From the NCBI GenBank assembly GCA_029261775.1, contig JAJDAR010000082.1:20215-84214 (forward strand): a DNA stretch of 64,000 bases, written 5' to 3'. The translations under genes were made by a program, and so were the position numbers. The first letter of the stretch is position 1, and each line of letters starts with the position of its first letter. The stretch is from Deltaproteobacteria bacterium. Its GTDB lineage: Bacteria > Myxococcota_A > UBA9160 > UBA6930. The notes under the pieces were generated by a model. That model was not told the DNA's origin and did no database searches. It saw only the letters and a program-made list of their open reading frames with translations. Below are positions 28,225 through 35,935 of this stretch, in pieces.

Positions 28225-28475
28225 ACACCGCGGATCTCGTGGAGCGGCTTCAGCGCTACCTCGGCGAGCAGCTCGAGCTCGCGATCGCGCCCGTTCGACC
28301 GGACGAGCCGCTGATCGAGAACGGACACATCGATTCGATGGATGTCGTGCGCATCGCCGCACATCTCGAGGATCTCCTCGGCGTGGAGATCCCCGACCAG
28401 GACGTCTCGGACGAGAACTTCGGCTCCCTCGAGCGCATCGTCGCCTACGCCACGGGGCGTGGCGCGCTCGACTAG
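28221..28475 (+). CDS. acyl carrier protein
   Basis: 84 aa. GHIDSMDVVRIAAHLEDLLGVEI contains the phosphopantetheine Ser motif DSxD. The GTG start overlaps the ligase stop as GTGA. It is the C-terminal in-frame part of the noise ORF 27288..28475. Confidence 0.8.
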   Translation: MNTADLVERLQRYLGEQLELAIAPVRPDEPLIENGHIDSMDVVRIAAHLEDLLGVEIPDQDVSDENFGSLERIVAYATGRGALD

Positions 28476-28497
28476 CGCTCTGGGCTTGCTCGGCTTC

Positions 28498-29865
28498 CTA
28501 GAGACCGATCAGCGCTGCGAAGAACTCCCGGGCTCGCGGAAGCTCGAGAACCGCGAACACGTTCGCGAGAGCGAAGAAGTTGAACGTGAGCGCGACGCTG
28601 AGGCCGTGGGCCGCAGGTGAGCTCCGCCACCAGACGAGCCATCGGTGGGGGATCCGCCGGCCGAGCTGGCGCGCGTACACACCCACGAAGACGAGGCCCA
28701 ACCCCTGGATCAGGCCCCAGAGGGCGAAGCCCGGCGTGATCCCGTGCCAGAGGCCGCAGACCAGCATGGTGGTGAGCTGGGCGACGACCGCCGGCGCGTT
28801 CCTCGTCGAGCGCTCCCAGCGCAGCAAGCGGCGACTGATCGGGACGAACAGGTACCTCCGGAGCCAGCCCGTGAGCGTCATGTGCCACCTCTGCCAGAGC
28901 TGCACGAGATTTCGCTGGATCAATGGACGATCGAAGTTCTCCTGGATCTCGACTCCCCAGATCGCCGCTGCGCCGATCGCGATGTCGCTGTACCCCGCGA
29001 AATCCAGGTAGAAGCGCAGCGTGAAGGCGTAGGCAGCGATCAGCAGCTCGACGGGCGAATGGGCGCCGGCCTGCGACAGAATCGGCTGCGACCATTCGCC
29101 GAGGACCCGGGCCAGGAGCAGCGTCTTGACGAGTCCGAAGAGCACGCGCTCGAGCCCGGCGAGCGAACGGGAGAGGGTCGGCTGGATGGCCTGACGGCGA
29201 AAGTGGTCCAGCGGCTCCACGGGGCCGCTCGAAAAGGTGGGGAGAAAGACCGACCATGCGACGAGGTCCCGGGCGGGAACGGCCGGATGAGCGCGGCGAT
29301 GGGTGTCCACGATCGCGGCGGACAGCTTCAGGGCGAGGTAGGAGAAGCCGACCCACACGAGACCGGTCTGCGAGGGCAGGACGCCCCCACCTCCACCGGT
29401 CTTGTGCCAGACGAAGATTGCGCCGATTCCGGCGAGGGCCAGCACGGTCCACAGGGTGCGCGCCCGACCCTCCGAGATACCGATCAAGCGCATCGCAAGC
29501 TGGCTCGCTGCGATGACGAGCCCCATCGCCACCAGAAGCTTCGGATCGAACCATCCGATCCCGGCCAGGCTCAGCACGATCGCGAGGGACGCGCGCCAGC
29601 GAGGTGTCACGAGCGGGAGCAGCAGGGCGAACGCGGTCGCGATCAGGACGGCGATGAGCACGTTGCGGCAGATGATGGACCCGCCCGCAGCGCGCAGCAA
29701 CAGACCGATCTGCGGTGCTGGCGATCGCAGAAGGTCTGGGATTCCCTCTGCCCATGCCGTATGGGAAACCCGGCGCGAGAGAGCGGGCACTCGCCTGGCT
29801 GCTGACCCCGTTCGTGCTCCTGGCCCTCGACGCGACCGTGACGAGAACACCGATCCTGTGGGCAC
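28498..29865 (-). CDS. MBOAT-family membrane O-acyltransferase (DltB/AlgI-like)
   Basis: 455 aa. FLPTFSSGPVEPLDHF, RWHMTLTGWLRRYLFVPI and GLWHGITPGFALWG (conserved His) are MBOAT signatures. The true start is uncertain: the first ~50 codons are Arg-rich and overlap the divergent gene. Confidence 0.85.
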   Translation of the reverse strand: MPTGSVFSSRSRRGPGARTGSAARRVPALSRRVSHTAWAEGIPDLLRSPAPQIGLLLRAAGGSIICRNVLIAVLIATAFALLLPLVTPRWRASLAIVLSLAGIGWFDPKLLVAMGLVIAASQLAMRLIGISEGRARTLWTVLALAGIGAIFVWHKTGGGGGVLPSQTGLVWVGFSYLALKLSAAIVDTHRRAHPAVPARDLVAWSVFLPTFSSGPVEPLDHFRRQAIQPTLSRSLAGLERVLFGLVKTLLLARVLGEWSQPILSQAGAHSPVELLIAAYAFTLRFYLDFAGYSDIAIGAAAIWGVEIQENFDRPLIQRNLVQLWQRWHMTLTGWLRRYLFVPISRRLLRWERSTRNAPAVVAQLTTMLVCGLWHGITPGFALWGLIQGLGLVFVGVYARQLGRRIPHRWLVWWRSSPAAHGLSVALTFNFFALANVFAVLELPRAREFFAALIGL

Positions 29866-30881
29866 CTACCTCGTTCGAGGAATCCGATCTCTCCCGGCTC
29901 AACTTCTCCCAGACCTTCCAGGCCGCGCGGAAGATCTACTGGCCGGAGTCGGAGCCGGATCGGGCTGTCCTGGTGCTCGGGAACTCGCGGGCGCGCCTGG
30001 GCCTGCGAAAGGCGCCTCTCGAGGAGGCCCTGGCCTCACTGCACCCGGGCCCTCGAGTCCGGATCGACAATCTCGCCGTGTTCGGAGCCGGCCCGGCGGC
30101 GCTGGAAGTGTTGAGCCGACACCTCGTAGAAGTCGATGCGGCCCTGGCGATCCTCGCCATCGCCCCCTCCGATCTCGGCATTCCCCTGCACTACGAGTCG
30201 AATCACCCGATTCCGAAACTGCTCGCGCGCGGCTGGGCCGACGACGGACTGGAGGAGCAGGGAGCGAGCCGGCGAATCGATCGGTGGTTGCGCTCGATCT
30301 GGAGGCTGGCCCGGTTCCGGGAGTTCGCTAGGGCCGCGATCCGCGACCGACTCGATCCCATGGTGGACAACCCGCCGCGGCCCGAGCGTTTCACGTCGAC
30401 GGCCGAGCTCTTCGCGGCGACCCGCCCGGGCGTGGGACCGGCGGTGGAGACGAAGTACCGCGAGTTCGTGGCGGATCCCGGCCTGCCGAGCTTCCTCGCC
30501 TACCTGCGGGTCGGCCAGGCGCCCCACATCGACGATGTCCGCCACCGAATCCGCGAGGCCCGGGTGTCGGGCGACCTCGAGCGACAGGCGCAGAACCTGC
30601 GTCGTCTGGTCGCCCGCGCGAGCACCACGACCCCGACGCTCGTTCTCCTGCTGCCGGAGAATCCTGTGATGGCCGAGGACGAAGACCAGGTCTTCCACGA
30701 CGAAGAGCTCGATCTCGCCAACCTGGCTCGCATCCATTCGATCGCGGCCGCGTCGGGAGTCGAAGTACTGGATGCCCGACATTGGATGGGGATCGATGCC
30801 TTCATCGACCTCGACCATCTGCTTCCCGATCTGTCGGGCTTCGAGCGCCGGGTGGCTCCGGAGATCCTGCGTGCGCTCTGA
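29754..30881 (+). CDS. membrane-anchored SGNH/DltD-like accessory protein of the MBOAT system
   Basis: N-terminal anchor ALAWLLTPFVLLALD, VLVLGNSRARLG (block I-like Ser) and a C-terminal FIDLDHLLP (DxxH). Adjacent to MBOAT, ACP and ligase. The ORF track starts at GTG 29715; ATG 29754 is an alternative. Confidence 0.5.
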   Translation: MPYGKPGARERALAWLLTPFVLLALDATVTRTPILWAPTSFEESDLSRLNFSQTFQAARKIYWPESEPDRAVLVLGNSRARLGLRKAPLEEALASLHPGPRVRIDNLAVFGAGPAALEVLSRHLVEVDAALAILAIAPSDLGIPLHYESNHPIPKLLARGWADDGLEEQGASRRIDRWLRSIWRLARFREFARAAIRDRLDPMVDNPPRPERFTSTAELFAATRPGVGPAVETKYREFVADPGLPSFLAYLRVGQAPHIDDVRHRIREARVSGDLERQAQNLRRLVARASTTTPTLVLLLPENPVMAEDEDQVFHDEELDLANLARIHSIAAASGVEVLDARHWMGIDAFIDLDHLLPDLSGFERRVAPEILRAL

Positions 30882-31005
30882 AGAGGACGATGCCGTCCGG
30901 TGGGGTCTGGTCCTGCTGCTGGCGATGGCCTACGGCGTCGCCATCGCATCGCTCGTCGTCTTCGGACCCAGCGAGATCCCGACCTTCATCTACGAGGCGT
31001 TCTGA
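30871..31005 (+). CDS. DltX-like 44-aa single-pass membrane mini-protein
   Basis: GTG at 30871 is in frame with ORF 30772..31005. It encodes MRSEEDDAVRWGLVLLLAMAYGVAIASLVVFGPSEIPTFIYEAF: one TM helix and a C-terminal FIYxxF that matches the C-terminal motif of Firmicute DltX (FIYNEF). It overlaps the end of the DltD-like gene by 11 nt. Confidence 0.45.
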   Translation: MRSEEDDAVRWGLVLLLAMAYGVAIASLVVFGPSEIPTFIYEAF

Positions 31006-31850
31006 GCGACGCGCTCCTCTGGCTTGCGTCCGCGGATCAGCAGGGAGCCCGCGATCTCCCGCAGCAGGGGTGTACGCTCGAGGACCCGACCCAGCCGCTC
31101 CATCGCGCCGAGAAGCGGCCTGGGCGTCAGCGGATAGAGGAAGTCGAAGGGCCGCGCCGAGACCTCCACCAGCCCCAGTCGGCCGAGCGTCTCGCAGATC
31201 CGCCAGCGCACGAAGGCCGTCTCGTCCGGCGAGTTGTCGAGCAGCCGCCCGATCCATTTCACGCGGCGCTCCACGAAGACCTGCGGGTTGAGGAGATTCG
31301 GCTCCGCGAAGCAGAGCAAGCCGCCGGGCCGCAGCACCCGGAGCAGCTCGGGGAGCACGGCATCGAGGGGCAGGTGGTGCAGGACGCCGTTGCCGACCAC
31401 GGCTGCGAAGGTCCCGTCCGGAAACGGGAGCCTTCCCGCATCTGCCGCGGCTGGCGTGAGGTTCGCCGGTGCATCCTGGAGGACTCCGCGAACGATCTCC
31501 GCCGAGAGGTCGATGGCCACGACGGTCGCATCCGTCGAGCTGGCGAGGGGACGGGAGTAGGCGCCGGTCCCGCACCCGATGTCGAGGATCAGGTCGCCCT
31601 GGCTTGCCTCCGCTCCGTCGGCGAGGAGACGGGCGCGCTGCGCCTGGCGGCGGGACGCCGCGGGCATGCGATCCGCCCAGTAGAGCTCAGACTGCGTCGC
31701 CGCAACGTGCTCGAAGTGCCGGCGCTCGCGCTCGGTCCTACCGACTCGATCGCTCTCCACGGCCTTCGTGTCTACCACGGATCGTGACGCCGCGTCGAGG
31801 GGTTGGTCACGTTGGCGGCGGGAGCCGTCGGTGCTTTCTGGGTGGCTCAT
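30990..31850 (-). CDS. class I SAM-dependent methyltransferase
   Basis: Real C-terminal part of ORF 30990..32882, from MSHPESTDG. ILDIGCGTGAYS (motif I), AIDLSAE, FAAVVGNGVLHHL and VLRPGGLLCFAEPN. The ATG overlaps the upstream stop as ATGA. Confidence 0.8.
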   Translation of the reverse strand: MSHPESTDGSRRQRDQPLDAASRSVVDTKAVESDRVGRTERERRHFEHVAATQSELYWADRMPAASRRQAQRARLLADGAEASQGDLILDIGCGTGAYSRPLASSTDATVVAIDLSAEIVRGVLQDAPANLTPAAADAGRLPFPDGTFAAVVGNGVLHHLPLDAVLPELLRVLRPGGLLCFAEPNLLNPQVFVERRVKWIGRLLDNSPDETAFVRWRICETLGRLGLVEVSARPFDFLYPLTPRPLLGAMERLGRVLERTPLLREIAGSLLIRGRKPEERVAQNAS

Positions 31851-32743
31851 GGCGAGCGCTCCAGGGGCCTCGCGAGGATGGTCTCGAGACCCACCCCGCC
31901 GACCCAGACGATCCGATCGACGACCCCGAATGCTCGCGCCAGACGGTCTGCCGCGCCGACGGGCCATTCCCCCAGCCGCCGCAGCCGGCTCACCAGGTAT
32001 CCCAAGCGCAGGGCGCGCCGGTGGGGGAGCACGGCGATCCGCTCGAAACCCGCCTTCGCCAGCAGAAGGTCTCGGGTTCGATCGTTGAGGTGGACCGTGT
32101 GCATCTCCATGAAGAAGGGATAGCGGCCGCGCATCAGACGGGCTGCGAGCGAATCGAGGTTGTGCGTGGTGAAGGCGAGGACGCCGCCCGGATGCATGAG
32201 TCGGTGCACCGTGCGGAGCACCTCCAGCGGGTTCTCGAGATGCTCGATGACGTCCCACATCGTCACGACGTCGAAGCGCCGTTCGGTGCGAAAGGCCTCG
32301 ATCGGGCCGTTGAACACGTCGAGCCCGAGCTTCTCTGCAGCATGCCGGGCGCCCCAGATGCTCGGCTCCACGCCGGCCACGTCGTAGTCCCGCTCCCGGG
32401 CCTGCTCGAGGAAGAAGCCCGCGTAGCAGCCGACGTCGAGGAGCTCGCGGCCCGCCGCGTGGGCCTCGATCCGCTCGAGCTCGCGATCGTAGGTGAGTCG
32501 GCGGGACAGCTTCTGGTCGAGATAGTCCGGATCCTCTGTCTGGGCGTACTCCTCGAGGTGGTCCAGCTCGCCGGTGGCCGGCTCGTTGAAGACGAAGCTG
32601 CAGCTTCGGCAGCGGAAGATGTCCGGATGGAGCCCGAGGCCGAAGGAGGTGCAGTCGTAGCGGGACCCTGAACGCTGCTCGGGGAGGTTGCTCGCGTAGA
32701 GAAGCGAGACGTCCTGGCTTTGGCAGAGGGGGCAGCGATCCAA
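31847..32743 (-). CDS. class I SAM-dependent methyltransferase with N-terminal Cys4 zinc ribbon
   Basis: 298 aa. CPLCQ...CRSCS zinc ribbon, LLDVGCYAGFF (motif I) and FDVVTMWDVIEHLENP. Confidence 0.8.
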   Translation of the reverse strand: MDRCPLCQSQDVSLLYASNLPEQRSGSRYDCTSFGLGLHPDIFRCRSCSFVFNEPATGELDHLEEYAQTEDPDYLDQKLSRRLTYDRELERIEAHAAGRELLDVGCYAGFFLEQARERDYDVAGVEPSIWGARHAAEKLGLDVFNGPIEAFRTERRFDVVTMWDVIEHLENPLEVLRTVHRLMHPGGVLAFTTHNLDSLAARLMRGRYPFFMEMHTVHLNDRTRDLLLAKAGFERIAVLPHRRALRLGYLVSRLRRLGEWPVGAADRLARAFGVVDRIVWVGGVGLETILARPLERSP

Positions 32744-32969
32744 CGTGACGAGCGACTCCGGCGCATCGGGCGGCGCGGAGGTCTAGTATGCCGACCTGAG
32801 GCCCAGGGGGCCGTTTCTGTCGATCCCCGCGGGGGGTTCCATCTTGTAGCGGATGACGACGCATGATCGTTGTCTTTTCCACCCGATTTGTCCATCAACT
32901 TCTGCCGGGGACCCCGTGAACGGTGCTAAGGTGGCCCCCCAGGGAGGGTGGAGAGGAGAGTCGACCGTC

Positions 32970-33773
32970 ATGGGCGCCCTGCGCTCCCTCGTCGTGATCC
33001 CGACCTACAACGAGCGGGAGAACCTGGCCGCGCTGTTCACAGCGCTGCTGGCGCTGCGTCCGGATCTCGACGTCCTCGTGGTCGATGACGGCAGCCCCGA
33101 CGGCACGGCGGAACTCGCTGCGGAGTGGTCGGTACGCGACTCCCGGATCCAGCTCGTCCGTCGGCCCGGCAAGCTCGGGATCGGCTCCGCGCACCGAGAG
33201 GGCTTTCGCTACGGGCTCGGCAAGGGCTACGAGTTCGTGCTGACGATGGACGGGGACCAGAGCCACGACCCTGCCTACGTGCCTGCGCTGCTGGCGGCGA
33301 TGGACACCGCTCATCTCGCCATCGGCTCCCGCTACGTCCCGGGCGGGTCGATCGCCAACTGGGCCCTGCACCGACGGATCCTCTCCCGGGGAGCCAACCT
33401 CTACACGCGATGGGTGCTCGGCCTCGGGGTTCGCGACTGCACGTCCGGCTTCCGCTGCTACCACCGATCGGTTCTCGAGCAGATCGATCTCGACCGGGTC
33501 CGCGCGTCCGGATATGCATTCCTGGAAGAGATGGCCTGGCTCACCCATCGCTCAGGCTTTGCGATCCGCGAGGTCCCGATCCGCTTCATCGACCGACACC
33601 GCGGGCGGTCGAAGATCGACCGGGCCGAAATCTTCAAGGCGATCGCCCACGTCTCGTGGACGGGCCTCGAACGGCTGCGGGGGAAGTTGCGGAGCGAGCG
33701 ACCGCGGCCGGCCTCCGAGGCCCTTGCAGTCGAGCACTCGGCCCCGCTGCCGCACCGCGACCCCCCGAGCTGA
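32970..33773 (+). CDS. polyprenol-phosphate mannose (or hexose) synthase, Dpm1/Ppm1-like GT2
   Basis: LVVIPTYNERENL, VLVVDDGSPDGT, MDGDQSHDP, GSRYVPGG, DCTSGFRCY and GYAFLEEM. ATG 32970 is preceded by GGAGAGGAGAG. Confidence 0.85.
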   Translation: MGALRSLVVIPTYNERENLAALFTALLALRPDLDVLVVDDGSPDGTAELAAEWSVRDSRIQLVRRPGKLGIGSAHREGFRYGLGKGYEFVLTMDGDQSHDPAYVPALLAAMDTAHLAIGSRYVPGGSIANWALHRRILSRGANLYTRWVLGLGVRDCTSGFRCYHRSVLEQIDLDRVRASGYAFLEEMAWLTHRSGFAIREVPIRFIDRHRGRSKIDRAEIFKAIAHVSWTGLERLRGKLRSERPRPASEALAVEHSAPLPHRDPPS

Positions 33774-33785
33774 TCGAAGGTCCCG

Positions 33786-35918
33786 TTGCTCGCCGTCCTC
33801 CGATCCTGCCGACCGGGTCGGCGCTCCTCGAGCTTGGGAGCGCTGGCGGTGGGGAGCCTCGCGTTCCTGGTACTCGGCTGCGGGCCCTCCCTCCCCGCAC
33901 AGGATCGGATCGAGGCGCGGCTCGACGCCGACGGCGTTCGCGGTGCGCCCGAGCCGGCCTACCTCGGGGGCACACCGGTCGTCGGCTACCCGACTCCCGC
34001 GGGCAGCGCGGCTGCCGCGCTCAAGGCGAGCCTCGGCGACGACACGCGATCCGTTCTCGCCCAGCATCGCCGGCATCTGGTGGCCTTCGAGCAGGAGTTC
34101 TCCATCGGCCTGGGTGGAAACGTCTCGATCTTCCTGCCCCTGGGCCCCGGCTTCCCGGCGGGCGAGCCCGTGCTGCTCGAGGCTCACCTGAAGCCAGGGT
34201 CGGGTCCCTGGCAACGCTGGCCGATGTCGAGTGCCACGGTGCGGGAGAAGTCGGGGGGCGGCGTGGAAGCGGAGCTTCGGGGGATCATCGCTGCGCAGCC
34301 TGGAACGGGGTTGGCGACGGTCCACGCAATCCTCCCGACGACCAATCTGCGGGTCGAGTCGGCCGCGCTGACGATCCCGGAGGAGGCGCGCCTCGAGTTC
34401 GCGCTCGGCAACGAGGGTGCCGACGCGAGCCTCCCACCGATCCGCTTCTCGGCGTCGGTCTGCCACGAGGGGACATGCGCGGAGGTGTTCGAGGAGACCA
34501 TTCTGCCTGGCGAGAAGGGAGGAGTCGTTCCCTGGTCGCCTCGCAGCGTGTCCCTTCGGAGCTTCGCCGGCCAGCATGCGGCGATCCGCTTCGAGGCGAC
34601 GAGCGCCCCGCCCGCCCGCATCCTGCCGACGATCGCCAACGCGCGTCTTGTCGCCGCTGCAACGGAGCGGCGACCGAACGTCGTGATCCTCTCGATCGAC
34701 ACCCTCCGGGCGGATCGGATCGATCTGTACGGACACCCGCGGCCGACCGCGCCCTTTCTCTCCGAAGACCTCGCGTCGAGAGGCGTGGTCTTCGATCGGG
34801 CGATGGCGGAGGCAAGCACGACCGACGCCTCGCACATGACCCTCTTCACCGGGCTCCCCGCCCTGGTCCATCGAGTCCACGGCTTCCTGGATCCCATCCG
34901 GATCCCGGCGGAGACGCTGGCCAGCCTGCTCAGCGCCGAGGGCTACGAGACGGCCGCCTTCACGGAGAACGGGCCCCTCGCACAGCAACGCGGCTTCGGG
35001 ATCGGCTTCGACCGGTACGTCGAGAACCGCAGCACGTCCCTGCTGCTTCCCAGCGGGCAGGTCGACAAGACCTTCGGCCAGGCCAAGGAGTGGCTCGCCG
35101 GCGTCGGCTCCTCCCGGTTCTTCCTGTTCCTGCACACGTTCCAGGTGCACAGCCCGTACTCACCGCCGAAGCGATACGCCAGGCTCTTTCGAGACGACGG
35201 ACTCGCCGCCGACCCGATCCCCGAAGCGAACGCTTACGATGCGGAGATCCGCATGGTGGACGACGAGCTCAGTGTGCTCATCAGCTTCATGGAGGCGAAC
35301 AAGCTGCTCGAGAACACGTTGTTCGTCGTGCTCTCGGACCACGGCGAGGAGTTCAAGGAACACGGAAGTCGAGGGCATGCCACCCTTCCCTATGAGACGG
35401 TGCTCCATATCCCACTCGTCGTCTTCGGCGCGGGGCTTCCGGGAGGCCGACGAATCCAGGAGCCCGTACATCACGTCGATCTGCTCCCGACCGTGCTGGA
35501 ACTGGCCGGGGTTCCGACCCCGCCCGGCCTCCCCGGTCGCAGCCTGGCGGGGCTCATGAAGGGGACGGGCCCGCCCTCGCCGTCCCGCCCCCTGTTCGCC
35601 GCGACCTGGGTCCTCCCCGACGGGCTCGGAGCGCCGGCGTTGGCGGTGCGGAAGGGGGACCGCAAGCTGATCCGATGGACGGAGCAGGGCGAAGTGAAAC
35701 GGCTGGTCTTCGACCTGAAGGCGGACCCCGAGGAGAGATCCGGCCGCCGACCGGCGTCCGGCGAGGTGGCCGAGCTGGAGGGGATGCTGGACGCCTATGA
35801 GGCCGAGGCCGCCCGCACCCATGCGACCCTCTCCGCCGGCGTCGCTCCCGACGACGCACCCGCCGCGGTCGACCCGGCGCAGCAGGAGAAGCTGCGCGCG
35901 TTGGGATACATCGAATAG
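33786..35918 (+). CDS. sulfatase-fold (alkaline phosphatase superfamily) exported protein with ~270-aa N-terminal extra domain, Thr-type motif
   Basis: 710 aa. Signal peptide with Cys (LAFLVLGC), an unknown N-terminal domain, then VVILSIDTLRADRIDLYGH, TTDASHMTLFTG and VLSDHGEEF. TTG start. Confidence 0.75.
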   Translation: MLAVLRSCRPGRRSSSLGALAVGSLAFLVLGCGPSLPAQDRIEARLDADGVRGAPEPAYLGGTPVVGYPTPAGSAAAALKASLGDDTRSVLAQHRRHLVAFEQEFSIGLGGNVSIFLPLGPGFPAGEPVLLEAHLKPGSGPWQRWPMSSATVREKSGGGVEAELRGIIAAQPGTGLATVHAILPTTNLRVESAALTIPEEARLEFALGNEGADASLPPIRFSASVCHEGTCAEVFEETILPGEKGGVVPWSPRSVSLRSFAGQHAAIRFEATSAPPARILPTIANARLVAAATERRPNVVILSIDTLRADRIDLYGHPRPTAPFLSEDLASRGVVFDRAMAEASTTDASHMTLFTGLPALVHRVHGFLDPIRIPAETLASLLSAEGYETAAFTENGPLAQQRGFGIGFDRYVENRSTSLLLPSGQVDKTFGQAKEWLAGVGSSRFFLFLHTFQVHSPYSPPKRYARLFRDDGLAADPIPEANAYDAEIRMVDDELSVLISFMEANKLLENTLFVVLSDHGEEFKEHGSRGHATLPYETVLHIPLVVFGAGLPGGRRIQEPVHHVDLLPTVLELAGVPTPPGLPGRSLAGLMKGTGPPSPSRPLFAATWVLPDGLGAPALAVRKGDRKLIRWTEQGEVKRLVFDLKADPEERSGRRPASGEVAELEGMLDAYEAEAARTHATLSAGVAPDDAPAAVDPAQQEKLRALGYIE

Positions 35919-35935
35919 GCCCTGGGGAGAGCAGC

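Noticed and set aside
32744-32969. 226-bp lower-GC divergent intergenic region examined for an ncRNA, riboswitch or clear promoter
   Set aside because: I found only short palindromes (for example CCCCGCGGGG) and weak -35/-10-like hexamers, nothing that I can support as a specific element.
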